Assembly: GCF_006345805.1 (NCBI RefSeq)
Contig: NC_043004.1
Coordinates: 81,468,001 to 81,532,000, forward strand
Source of the DNA: Octopus sinensis
Lineage: Eukaryota
Length of the DNA stretch: 64,000 nt
Direction of reading: 5' to 3'
The translations under genes and the position numbers were made by a program. The notes under the pieces were generated by a model. It saw nothing but the letters and a program-made list of their open reading frames with translations, was not told where the DNA came from and searched no databases. Every line of letters starts with the position of its first letter. Positions within the stretch are counted from its first letter, which is position 1. Shown here in pieces: positions 13,171 through 58,260 of this stretch.

Positions 13171-13356
13171 ACACCTATAGTTTAAAACATGCTCTTATTT
13201 TAACAATATAACAAACAGATTATTCTGTCAAATGTAATGCTTATTTATTCACCTTGTTTTAAATTAATCATGTATTATCTCCTAGCTTTGAGGTTTCAAT
13301 GACATGATCATTTATTTTTAGATGTCATTGCAGAATAGATGTGAGAGGATGCATCT

Positions 13357-13780
13357 GGGATCTTTTCGGTTTGAACGGCAGTTTTTTCTAGCAGTGTCAT
13401 ATGAAATTGTCACCCATAATTATGACCCTAGTATCGATCTATTGCATTTCAATCTGTTTTAGGGTTAGGGTTAGGGGTGGAGTGAAGGGTATCTTTTTTC
13501 TTCAGAAATGTAAATAAACCCAATCTGTTTCTTAAGCGAGGGACATATTCATACGGCACAGAATGTTTTTTTACCTCAATAGACGTCAATGATTGGTTGA
13601 AATTGCAGAAAGTGAAGAAAAAAAAACAAAACAAATATCTTACAAACTATAGAATTTTCTCAATAAAGCCAAGAGAAAAAGATGTTTTATAAACACATTC
13701 TACCAGTATACGAAGTTTAAAAGTGTTTAGTTACGTGGAATTTATTTTAAAAAAACTGCCGTTCAAACCGAAAAGATCCT
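13357..13780. mobile_element. Second GGGATC-TIR MITE, opposite orientation, nested in a TTAA MITE family A copy
   Basis: GCATCT at 13351-13356 and 13781-13786; TTAGGG repeats at about 13458-13476; host MITE halves at about 13215-13350 and 13787-13858. Confidence 0.85.
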
Positions 13781-14006
13781 GCATCTGAGTAGTCTAAAAA
13801 TAAAATAGTTAATATATTTGGGCCAGATATAAGGCCAGTTTAAATGCTGAAGAGTTAAATGTAAATTTCCTAAAATGATTATTTACATTATTTACATTTG
13901 ACAGATATTTGTCCTCATCTTTGATTTTCATGTTAGCAACCATATCAACATCGCATTTCTACACAGCTGTTGTATTACATGTAGCTTCAATACAAACATA
14001 AATAGA

Positions 14007-14423
14007 AAGGCGGAGAGCTGGCAGAAACGTTAGCACGCTGGGCAAAATGCTTAGCGGTATTTTGTCTGCCACTATGTTCTGAGTTCAAATTCCGCCAAGG
14101 TCGACTTTGCCTTTCGTCCTTTCGGGGTCGATTAAATAAGTACCAGTTACACACTGGGGTCGATATAATCATCTTAATCCGTTTGTCTGTCTTTGTTTCT
14201 CTTCTCTGTGTTTAGCCACTTGTGGGTAGTAAAGAAATAGGTATTTCGGCTGCCGCTACGTTCTGAGTTCAAATCCCGCCAAGGTCGACTTTGCCTGCCA
14301 TCCTTTCAGGGTCGATAAATTAAGTACCAGTTACGCACGGGGGTCAATATAATCGACTTAATCCATTTGTCTGTCCTTGTTTGTCCCCTCTCTGTGTAGC
14401 CCCGTGTGGGCAGTAAAGAAATA
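14007..14423 (+). mobile_element. Dimeric SINE family 1 insertion with 15-bp TSD
   Basis: ACAAACATAAATAGA at 13992-14006 and 14424-14438 flanks two head-to-tail monomers. Confidence 0.85.
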
Positions 14424-14843
14424 ACAAACATAAATAGATGGGTGTGAAGACATGGAAAGATAACATGAAGATACATACAGCCATAGCTTCTGTTGTAGGT
14501 TGGTAAAACGTGTTGGAAAACTAACAACAAGAGAAGAAACAGTTCGCTTCAAATATCCCTGTCCTTGAACTTAATTAATCAATCACCATTAATAACTTTG
14601 TATGGCATATTTTCCTTTTTTTATTATATTCACAGTCTTAACTCGGTGGTATTCAATAAAGTGTGACAACTAACCTTTGTGTTGATAAAGATAATGAAAT
14701 TCAAGATAACGATTATCATTCGTTAAAAGAATAATCTTCATTAAAATAGAAGCACGATTTAGGTCATACACTGAATATTAGAGAAATAAATTTGACAAGA
14801 AGACCATTTGAGACATCGTTGTCTTAGTTTATATGAAGGCAAA

Positions 14844-47015
<32,172 letters not shown>

Positions 47016-47156
47016 AAGAATTCACTTGATATTAATTTATAAGTGGAAGAAGGAAATAACTAAATTGACTTTGATTCTTTTTTTTAATTGTTGTTTTAAT
47101 TGCTGATCAATATTTTGAGAATGTTAATTATATATGATTTTGGAAGATAATTACCA

Positions 47157-47162
47157 AATAAA
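47157..47162 (+). terminator. Candidate ENOSF1-A polyadenylation signal
   Basis: AATAAA 142 nt after the stop codon. Confidence 0.45.
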
Positions 47163-47386
47163 TACCATAATGGCATCTTCTCAGATCTGCCAAAAACTGA
47201 CCAATAATTCTAAGTTCCAATATCTTCGACAATTTTTTTCCTGATTCCTTTACCATATTAAATCATAGACCCCACCCTGAATTATATTCATTAAAACCCA
47301 GTTTTCTTATATTTTTGGTTAGATCCATATCAGCCGTTATCATGCACCCTTGCAATCAAAGATAGTCTATTAATAATAATTCCATT

Positions 47387-47575
47387 GTTCTATATTTAAG
47401 AGATAAGGAATTATGTACATTATTTACATCATTTACATTTGACGGATATTTGTCCTCATCTTGTTTGTTGATAACAAAACGTTTCTGCTGATATACTCTC
47501 CAGCCTTCATCAGGTGTCTTGGGAAAATTTCAAACCTCGGTTCTCATTCCTAAGATATTTTTTGATGTTATTACG

Positions 47576-47635
<60 letters not shown>

Positions 47636-47744
47636 TAGGTCACTGCCTGGAATCAAACTCGTAATCTTGGGGTTAGTAGCCTGCGCTCTTAACCACTATG
47701 CCATATGCCCCAAGATTCCGAGTTCGATTCCAGGCAGTGACCTG

Positions 47745-47824
<80 letters not shown>

Positions 47825-47961
47825 CGAAAAATACCTTAGGAATGAGAACCCAGGTTCAAAATTTCCTCAAGACACCTGATGAAGGCTGGAGGGTATATCA
47901 GCTGAAACACTGTTAACAACAAACAAGATGGGGACAAATATCCGTCAAATGTAAATAATAT
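47387..47961. mobile_element. Palindromic tRNA-head / hammerhead element (copy 2) with 14-bp TSD
   Basis: ATAATAATTCCATT at 47373-47386 and 47962-47975; full minus-strand head at 47637-47710; intact CTGATGA in both arms. Confidence 0.88.
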
Positions 47962-48229
47962 AATAATTCCATTTTCTGACATCCAATATCTCAAATTGTT
48001 GATTTTTTTTTATCTTTTTACTGTATCAAGTCTCAGAGACCACTCTGAAGCTCACTTCCAAACCATGTGGTAACTTGGGCAAGTGCATCAAGTAGAACAA
48101 AGTCTTGTGACAAGATTCTATATGTGTATATAGATGTGTGTGTGCGTATACATGTATGTGTGTACATGTGTGTGTGTGTGTACACCCTTGTTTTGACCTC
48201 ATGTCATGATGGTTATTGAGCATCACCAT

Positions 48230-48900
48230 CATACGAGAAATGCTGTTCATTTCCTGTCTTCCATGAAGAAATATTAGCTTGCTTGGAATCAGGTGAGTGT
48301 TGGTGGCAGGAAAGGCATCCAGCCACAGAAAATCTGCCTCAACAAATCCCATCTGACCCATGCAAACACAGAAAAGTGGACATTCAACAACGATAATAAT
48401 AATCATCATCATCATCATCATTATTTAACATCCGCTTTCTACAGCTGAGTTTTCTACAGCTGGATGCCTTTCTTAACACCAACCATTATAAGAGTGTAGT
48501 GGGTGCTTTTTATGTGCCACCGGCACGGGGGCCAGTCAGGCAATACTGGCAATGACCTCGCTTGAATCTTTTTACACATGCCACCGACACAGGTGCCAGT
48601 AAGACGATGTTGGTTATGATCATGCTCGAATGGTGCCCTTTTACGTGCCACTGGCACGGAAGCCGGTTGGCTGCTCTGGCAACGATCATGCTCGGTATCC
48701 TACTAGCATAGGCAATGCTGGTAACGATCACGCTCGAATGGTGCCCCTTTTACATGCCACTGACACAGAAGCCAGTTGGCTGTTCTGGCAATGATCACAC
48801 TCGGATGGTGCTCTTGGCACCCTACCAGCACGGGCACAAGTGCCAGTAAGGCAACGCTGGTAACGATCACACTCGAATTGTGCCTTTTATGTGCCGATGA
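48230..48900 (-). mobile_element. SINE family 4 copies with an expanded array of internal modules
   Basis: Repeated TTTTA(C/T)(G/A)TGCCAC..GGC(A/T)ACGATCA(C/T)(G/A)CTCG..ATGGTGC modules at 48505-48900. Confidence 0.7.
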
Positions 48901-49096
48901 TAACAATGTCTTCTTCATACAGAAGGACCTCCAGTTAAGGATCATTCAAAGAATCCTACAGATCGAGGACATCCTTAACAACCAGAAGCAAGAGTCCTCA
49001 TCTAGCTATTGTTCTCTCATTCACAAGCAACCTATAAATGCTTGCTGAGAGCAGAACCATATGCTCCAGCCCCTGTCATCCCCCTTTTAATAAATA

Positions 49097-49466
49097 CTAG
49101 CACTATGACCTGGAAACGCCGGGTCATAGTGCTAGTGCATGCATATACAGCTGCGTGCGTGCGCACATACACGCGAGTACTGTCCAAATCTCCAACCAAT
49201 CACATACAGCTAGCTGGCATTCAATTGGCGTACCAAGTTTCAGGCATTTTGATTGGGTTTTGGATAGAAAATTTACAAAAAAGTCACTTCTATTGATTTT
49301 TTAATGGCTTTGTGGGGTGACTGGGGAAATGTAAAGATGTGCACGACCATCCTTGGATGGTTTTGAATGACCATAGAAAGTGCGAGCCCTCTAACTGAAA
49401 AATTGTGGATTTGTATAAAGGACGGACACACAGACAGACATTTTGCCGTTTATATATAGAGAGAGA
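49097..49466 (-). mobile_element. Non-autonomous Helitron
   Basis: Minus-strand A|TCTCTCTCTATATATAAACGGC 5' end; 3' hairpin CTAGCACTATGACC..GGTCATAGTGCTAG ending CTAG|T. Confidence 0.8.
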
Positions 49467-50225
49467 TGCTGAAGAAGAGCACCTCCTGCTGTGCCCTCAC
49501 CTTCCTTTACAAGTGGGCCTTGGAAATGTTGATGAGGGTTTGACCAAAGAAAGGAAGAAAGTGTTTGTTTTCAGCCCATTCGCTTTCACCCATCTCCATA
49601 AACTCTTCCACTCTTTCCACTGAGCAAAGGAAAACTGCCTGCCCTTCCTTGGTTAATGAAGGTGGGCTGAGTGATCTTCCTGATAGACTCAGTCGATAAT
49701 TGGGTCCATCCTACATATGATAACCGTTTTTCAACAGGACTCCACAGTCAATAATCCTCAAACATTGAATGAGTAGATGCTGCAGGGTTTCTTCACATCC
49801 AGGTCCAGCAGATGGGCCTTTCCTTGATTGAAATTTTGGGGAAGGGGAAAGTCAGTAACATCAACGACTGGTACTTAATTTATTGACCCCGAAAGGATGA
49901 AAGGCGAAGCCAACCTTGGAGGAATTTTAATTCAGAATGTAAAGACAGACAAAATACTGCTAAGCATTTTGTCCAGCATTTTAATGATTATTAGAATGTA
50001 AAGGTAGTACCACTTGCCATTGACATGTTGGGCACCATAAGCAAAATTTTGCAAAATTTAAGGAGCATTTTGGTTGTGATATAAACTTGTCTATTATGAA
50101 GAGGGCCAGTTTATTAAGGACAGCAAGAATCTTAAGAAAGGTGCTGGATACCTAAGGTCTTATGATGTGACTTGCTTTCCAGCAGAATGGACAGGCATAA
50201 CACCTAAGACCAAGAGATAAAAACA

Positions 50226-50227
<2 letters not shown>

Positions 50228-50275
<48 letters not shown>

Positions 50276-50485
50276 GTAATCTCAAGTTTTAAAAACAAAC
50301 ATAATTTTCGTATGGTTTTTTAGGCATTCACTAGTACAACACTAAGTACAAAACCAAATATATGGTACCCTAGGCATAACACCAGCACAAACTTCCAACT
50401 TGTTGTCTCTTGATGTCTCTGGGTGAGACTTGGAGCCACCTTGTGCAAATGTAAAGCAAAAGTCAAACATAGAATAATAATAATA

Positions 50486-50517
<32 letters not shown>

Positions 50518-53102
50518 GCTATGCCAACATTATGGAATAACAATAGAAAAAAGATGGTATAGGCACACACCAGAAAAGGTCACAGAAAACGAGAAAGCAA
50601 CCATACTCTGGGATATGCCGATACACACAGATAGAGAAATTAAGGCCAACAGACCAGATATAGTTGTCAGAGATCATGAAGAAAAAAATGCTTTCTAATT
50701 GATGTATCAATACCGGCAGATGACAACGTGTCTCTAAAAGAAATGGAGAAACTCTCAAAATACAAAGACCTGGAAATAGAGGTAACTAGAATGTGGAACC
50801 TGAAAACAGAAACAATTCCTATCATAGTAGGTGCATTAGGCATGATAAAAAAATATTCAGACAAATACATAACAAAACACCAGGACTTACAAACACATAT
50901 AACATACAGAAAATTGCACTACTAGGCACTGCACACATCCTACGCAGAACACTTTCCATACAATAACCATCAGAGCATCACAACAAATCACAGCACATAC
51001 CCAAGGCACACAGAGCTGCGCTCGGTAGTGAAGTGAAAGCACGCTATAAAAATAAAACTACTGAATAATAATAATAATAATAATAATAGAAAGAAGAAAG
51101 GCCTCAGTATGGCCTGGATCGACTACAAAAAGGCGTTTGATAGCATCCCCCACACATGGATCCTCGAAACACTAGCCATTAACAAAGTAGCACCAACAAT
51201 CATAAAATTCATAGAGCACTCTATGAATAGATGGCAAACAGTCCTACACCTCCAAACAAAAGAGGGACTCATGAAAACCAAAGACATCCCCATTAGAAGA
51301 GGAATATTCCAGGGAGACACGCTCTCTCCACTCCTTTTCTGCTTGGCACTGTCACCTCTATCTGATATGCTAAATAGAACTGGATGCGGATATAAATGTT
51401 ACGGCAAAACGATCAGCCACCTTTTATATATGGATGACCTAAAACTATACGCTGCAAATGACAAACAGCTGGAAACACTATTAAAGACAGTTCATGGATT
51501 TACCAAAGAATAGATATGAAATTTGGATTAGAAAAATGCACCAAGTAACCATGAAAAGAGGAAAACTAGTTAAGAGTAACAACATAACACTAGATAAAAC
51601 CAATGAAATAAAAGAATTAGACCAAAGCCAAACTTACAAATACTTAGGAATCCATGAACTAGATAAGACACAACACACACAATGAAAGAGAAAATAAAAA
51701 AAGAATATTATAGACGAGTTAGATCAATACTAAAAACAGAGCTCAATGCTAAAAACAAGATATAGGTATCAACACTTTAGCTGTCCCAGTTATAAGTTAC
51801 AGCTACAATATCCTTAACTGGACACAAAATGAACTGTCCAAAATAGATAGGAAAACAAGAAAAATACTGACAGGATCTAGGATGCATCACCCAAAATCTG
51901 ACATAGAAAGACTATATATACAACGTATAGAAGGTGGTAGAGGCCTTATACAGCTGGAAAACTACTATAAAATAACCACCATAGGACTGCAAAAATACCT
52001 ACTTCAGAAGGAGGGAAAACTGATCCAGATAGCAGCAAAACATGAGCAAAACAAAAAACTGTTCTCAGTATTTAAGGAAGCTGACAAATACAAACAAGAA
52101 TCATACCACCTAATAAACACAAAGAAGAAGAAGAAGATGATGAAGAAACAACAAAAGCTATAAAACAAATGAAATCCAAACTAAAATAGAACAGCAACGA
52201 GCCATGATAAAACGATGGCAAGAAAAGCCCCTTCATGGTAAATACTGCACTAAACTAAACGCAAAAGAAATAGACAAAGAAAAATCCCAGCAATGGTTGA
52301 GAAGCTCAGGACTCAAAGCAGAAACAGAGGGATTTTTAATTGCAGCACAAGACCAAAGCCTCCCCACCAGAAATTACCAAAAACATGTAATGAAAAGAAA
52401 TATTACAAGTAACTGCAGAATATGTGGAGATGGACAAGAAACAATAAATCATATTATCTCTAGCTGCCCAGTCCTGGCTAAGAAGGAATATATTCACAGA
52501 CATGACAGAGTTGGAACCTACATACATTGGAAGCTATGCCAACATTATGGAATAACAACAGAAAAAAGATGGTATAGGCACACACCAGAAAAGGTCACAG
52601 AAAACGAGAAAGCAACCATACTCTGGGATATGCCGATACACACAGATAGAGAAATAAGGCCAACAGACCAGATATAGTTGTCAGAGATCATGAAGAAAAA
52701 AATGCTTTCTAATTGATGTATCAATACCGGCAGATGACAACGTGTCTCTAAAAGAAATGGAGAAACTCTCAAAATACAAAGACCTGGAATAGAGGTAACT
52801 AGAATGTGGAACCTGAAAACAGAAACAATTCCTATCATAGTAGGTGCATTAGGCATGATAAAAAAATATTCAGACAAATACATAACAAAAACACCAGGAC
52901 TTACAAACACATATAACATACAGAAAATTGCACTACTAGGCACTGCACACATCCTACGCAGAACACTTTCCATACAATAACCATCAGAGCATCACAACAA
53001 ATCACAGCACATACCCAAGGCACACAGAGCTGCGCTCGGTAGTGAAGTGAAAGCACGCTATAAAAATAAAACTACTGAATAATAATAATAATAATAATAA
53101 TG

Positions 53103-53160
<58 letters not shown>

Positions 53161-53170
53161 TAATAATAAT
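50228..53170 (+). mobile_element. Tandem array of three 5'-truncated R4/Dong-type retroelements separated by (TAA)n (50275-50472, 50517-51063, 51089-53077)
   Basis: RT (WIDYKKAFDSIPH, GIFQGDTLSPLLF, YMDD), CCHC knuckle (CRICG..ETINHIISSC) and RLE (ANRPDIVV..LIDVS..K) motifs; every junction is (TAA)n. Confidence 0.92.
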
Positions 53171-53417
53171 GATGATGATGATGATGATGATTTCAAATTT
53201 TTGCCACAAGGGCAGCTTGGGGAGAGGGGATTAAGTTGATTACATTGACCCAAGTGCGTAACTGGTACTTATTGTAACAACCCTGAAAGGATGAAAGGCA
53301 AAATCAACCTTGGCGGAATTTGAACTTAGGACGTAGTGATGGGCAAAATACTGCTAAACATTTCGCCTGGCGTGCTAACAATTCTGCCAGCTCACTGCCT
53401 TAATAATAATAATGATG

Positions 53418-53464
<47 letters not shown>

Positions 53465-53668
53465 CCTTTCTAGGATAGGCACAAGACCTGAAATTGAGGG
53501 AGGGAGATAGTAGATTACATAAACCCCGGTACTTGAATGGTACTTTTTTCGTCAACCCTGAAAGGGTGAAAAGCAAAATCGACCTAAGCAAAATTTGAAC
53601 TCAGAATGTGAAGATGGCTGAAACGCCGCTAAGCACTTTGTTCCACATGCTTGCCACCTTAACAATTA

Positions 53669-54254
53669 TAGAAATATTGACAAATAAAGATAAAGAAGTG
53701 AAAGAAAACCAGTGGGTATGTTTATTATTGGCATGATGACCCTCCCAGTATGCAACAAAATATAGAAATACATTTTTGATGAATGTTTTTTACAGTTTTA
53801 ATATGTTTTAGTTTTGTTAATAAACAACACCCTTCTCTCTATCTCCCTCTCCCTCTCTCTCTCCCTCTCTCTCTATCTCCCTCTCTCTCTCTATCTCCCT
53901 CTCTCTCTATCTCCCTCTCTTTCTCTTTACAAGCTAAACACAGTCAAGTTAAACTATGGTACATGTGAATACAGGTAGTGATACTAGAAATATTGACAAA
54001 TAAAGATAAAGAAGTGAAAGAAAACCAATGGGTATGTTTATTATTGGCGTGATGACCCTCCCAGTGCGCAACAAACTATAGAAATACATTTTTGATGAAT
54101 GTTTTTATAGTTTTAATTTGTTTTAGTCTTGTTAATAAACAACACTCTTCTCTCTATCTCCCTATCTATCTCTCTCTCTCTCTTGCTCTTTCTCTTTACA
54201 AGCTAAACACTGTTAAGTTAAACTATGGTACATGTGAATACAGGTGATGACACT
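53669..54254. repeat. Direct tandem duplication (about 316 + 270 bp) upstream of ENOSF1-B
   Basis: Units start TAGAAATATTGACAAATAAAG at 53669 and 53985; they differ mainly in (CT)n length. Confidence 0.9.
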
Positions 54255-54606
54255 ATAAAGAAAACCTAAAGAAGAGACATATATGTGTAAACATAGACTT
54301 CTCAATAGCTGTTTCCTTACATTAAACATTATTCGAGCATGATTGTTACCAACATCGCTTCACTGGCACCCGTGTCGGTGGCTCGTGTAAAAAGATTTGA
54401 GCGAGGTCATTGCCAGTGCCGCCTGACTGGCCCCGTGCAGGTGGCACGTAAAAAGCACCCACTACATTCTCGGAGTGGTTGGCGTTAGGAAGGGCATCCA
54501 GCTGTAGAACTCTGCAAGATCAAGACTGGAGTCTGGTGCAGCCTTCTGGTTGCCAGCCCTCAGTCAAAACCGTCTAACCCATGCTAGCATGGAGAACGGA
54601 CGTTAA

Positions 54607-54645
<39 letters not shown>

Positions 54646-55080
54646 TAAATATATGGACATAGAGACATGGCAAGATAACAGGAAGGTACATATAGCCCTA
54701 GCTTCTGTTGTAGGTTGGTAAAACATGTTGGAAAGCTAACAACAACTCTAGAAACAGCTCATCTTTTAACAAAGCCCCTGGTGATCTCCTCCAAATGGAA
54801 AAATATCAATGGCCTTCAACTTCAATAATTAACCAATCACAGCTAAGATCTTGCCACCTTTTTTTTGTTATTGATGTTATTAATACTGTAACACATGACA
54901 AAGGATGAAAATTAACCTTTGGGTTATAAATGATAATGATATGCAAGATAATTATTTTCGTTTGTAAAATTATCTTTATAAAAATAGAAGCACAATTTAG
55001 GTCACACACTGAATATTAGAGAATAAATTTGACAAGAAGACCGTTCGAGACATCGTTGTCTTAGTTTATATGAAGGCAAA

Positions 55081-55161
55081 ATGGAAGCAACAATCACTGG
55101 ATATTCTTTACACGATGTTAGGTTCCCCACTTCTCTTGGAATGCATGGTTCCGATGCAATG
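55081..55161 (+). CDS. ENOSF1: ENOSF1-B exon 1 (MEATITGYSLHDVRFPTSLGMHGSDAM)
   Basis: Paralog of 14844-14924; donor GTAAGT. Confidence 0.92.
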
Positions 55162-55951
55162 GTAAGTGTTTTATTTGGTATTCCACCACGAAAATATTTC
55201 ATAGTCTTCCGTTAAAATGTTATTTTGATAGAAATATCTTTTTAAACAGTCTCCTTAATTTGATATTCATTGAAAAGCTTCTGTTGTTCTGGAATTCAAC
55301 AAGGAATCACTGAAATAACCAATATTATTTCTATATTTGAAAAAAAGAATTCTTTTGATCTCAGAATATAAAGGTGAATGAAATACTGGTCAGTTTTGCC
55401 CACTGTGCTAACGTCTTTGCCAGCTCACTACCTTAATAATAATAATTTTTTCTTATTTCTTTATTGCCCACAAGAGGCTAAACATAGAGGGGACAAACAA
55501 GGACAGACAAGGGATTAAGTCGATTACATCGACCCCAGTGTGTAACTGGTACTTAATTTATTGACCCCAAAAGGATGAAAGGCAAAGTTGACTCAGAATG
55601 TGCATGTTTTGTAATATGGAGCATTAAACAGTGAAACAAATCGACCCCAGGATTTATTCTTTGTAAGCCTAGTGCTTATTTTATTGGTCACTTTTTGCCA
55701 AACCGCTAAGTTTCAGAGACATAAACACACCGACTGTGGATCTCTTCAGTTTCAAAAACAGATTTTTTTAATTATTTTTTTTTTAACTAAACAGTTTGAG
55801 ACTTCACATACTGGTGTAACTTCTCATGCTGAGTACTTTCAACATTTTTGACAAAATTTCGTATTTTAGAAGTTATTTTGTGTTAAAGTTGTTATATTTG
55901 GGTAACTTTAACCAATCAATGTCAATCAATGACGGAGAGATAAACATGCGT

Positions 55952-55985
<34 letters not shown>

Positions 55986-56246
55986 CTATATATATATATA
56001 TATGACAGGCTTCTTTCAGTTTCTGTCTACCAAATCCACTTACAAGACTTTGGTCAGCCCGAGGCTATAGTAGAAGACACTTGTTCATGGTGTCATGTAG
56101 TGGGACTGAACCCAGAACCATGTGGTTGGGAAGCAAGCTTCTTCCCACACAGCTACTCTTGCGCCTATGTCCATGCATTTTTTATACCATCAAATACACT
56201 AATAAAATATATTCCATTAATAATAAATGGTAATCTATTCCATTAA

Positions 56247-56842
56247 CCCTTTCACTACCATACTTATTTTGAGATGCTCTGTGTTTCTTTCAATTAATTT
56301 TCAATATAACAAAGAATTTAGTAAAATAACCACATTAACATTAAGCTAGTGTTAGGAACATAAATTGTGACTAAGCTTTGATGGAAGATTTTAATTCAGA
56401 ACTTATGAAAACAAGACATTTGTACAACAGAGCCAGAGGTGGTTTCAGCCAGGTTGGTATCAAAAGGGTTAAACAGACCTCTACATTTGGGCAGTTAGAC
56501 ATTAGAAGCAATTGGAAGGGTGTGGATTGAAGGAAATTTAGGTTATTATTTCTAGCATATAAAGTGACCACACTGAGGTCTCCTTCTCTTATGTCTTCTG
56601 CTGATTGTTTTTCTTCTTAACCCTTTTGTTACCATATTTCTGTTGAAATTTTGTGTGTTTCTTTCAATTAATTTTAAGTATAACAAAGAACTTAGTAAAA
56701 TAACTTCATTACCATTAAGCTAGTGTTAGGAACATAAATTGTGATTAAGGTTTGGTGGAAGATTCTAATTCAGAACTTTTGAAAATAAGACATTTGTACA
56801 ACAGAGCCAGAGGCAGTTTCCGCCAGGTTAGTTTCGAAAGGG
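56247..56842. mobile_element. Two TTAA MITE family B copies (56247-56468, 56621-56842) at positions matching those in ENOSF1-A intron 1
   Basis: TTAA flanks; the 152-bp spacer is about 92% identical to 16690-16841. Confidence 0.85.
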
Positions 56843-57847
56843 TTAATAAAGAATAGAAACAAAAATGTTGGATAAATCTATATTTTTGAAGAAATTTTAT
56901 GATTTGGATTCTTCAGTTATAAAACTCATATTTTGGTATTAGCAAAGTGCTATGATATTTATATCAGGTTAGAAAATTGCACAAATTAATTACACTAATT
57001 AAATCAAATTTGTGTTTATTTTGTAAGATAGGGCTAGACAAACAGCCAAACACTGTTAGTCTAGATTAGTGTTTCCCAATCTGTTTTCCCCAAGTCCCTA
57101 CTATAACTTTCCAGAAAAACATATGTCCCATTTTTCCTTAAATAAAAATCCACACTAGAGCACTTGAATAGCTCTACAATGTAGCATCAAAACGTTCCTG
57201 GACTAGTTCCCTAGCATGCCAACAGATAACAGCATGTGGTTGCATGCACAGTGAAAGCTAACAGTAACCTTTATGAGGCAGTGTACCAAGTGACATCATT
57301 GTATTTCCTTCACAAGTTGTGAAATTTGGATTTCTTCAGTTTCAGTGATAGATTTTTTAATTATTTGTTTTTTAACTAAACAATTTGAAACTTTTGAACA
57401 ATTTGAACAATTAGTAAGGAGAGACACACAAACAAGAAAGAAGAAAGCAAAGGACCACTGATGCGGTCACAGGAGTGTGACAAAAGAACTCTGGCCGAAA
57501 TAAGATTAAGATTAATGTAAAAAAATAAATATCGCTGAAGCAAAGTAACACCAAATATATAGTGCATGTGTTTTTATTGGCTAAACTGGCAAAATGACCC
57601 TTCCTTAATACAACAAAATTTGAAACTTCATATACTGGTGTAACTTCTCATGCTAAACATGGTTTACTTTCAACATTTTTGACAAAATTTCGTATTTTTG
57701 ACAAAATTTCGTATTTTAGAAGTTATTTCATGTTTTAAGTTGTCATATTTAAGTAATTTTAACCTAACAACAATGTGTATTCAGTTGAAGAAAGCTACTG
57801 CTGGTTGCCATAGTAACTGAAATTTTTTATCCTGTGTCTGCTGTAGT

Positions 57848-58111
57848 TTGCAATTTTGTCATGGACAGAAACAAAGAGCTAACATGAAATTTTGTGTTAA
57901 ATTTGGGAAGTCTGCTATGAAGACATTGAGCATGCTTCAGCAAGCTTACGGTGATGAGTCAATGGGTCATACACAACGTTTCAAGTGGTGCAGGCATTTT
58001 AAAAGCAGAAGGATGTCCCTGGAAGACAATAAACGATCTGGAATACCAGTCACGATTGTCAGGCCTGGAAATGGGGAGAAATTTCATCAGCTGGTGCATG
58101 AAAATCATTAG
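57848..58111 (+). mobile_element. Mariner transposase N-terminal fragment
   Basis: KQRANMKFCVKFGKSAMKTLSMLQQAYGDESM..FKWCRHFK..SLEDNKRSG. Confidence 0.85.
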
Positions 58112-58217
58112 AGGACAATCAACGAAATTACTGTTTATCTTGATTTGAGATCACCTTGTTGCACACATGTGGTCGTGATGGCATGCACTGATCTCTCACT
58201 CAATGGTGGTGGTGGTG

Positions 58218-58260
<43 letters not shown>

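Noticed and set aside
14486-14535. Possible hairpin in the conserved upstream block (TGTTGTAG..CTAACAACA)
   Set aside because: The pairing is imperfect and not supported by compensatory changes in copy B.
48505-48900. CRISPR-like repeat-spacer appearance
   Set aside because: Eukaryotic context, degenerate modules inside a SINE, no unique constant-length spacers and no cas genes.
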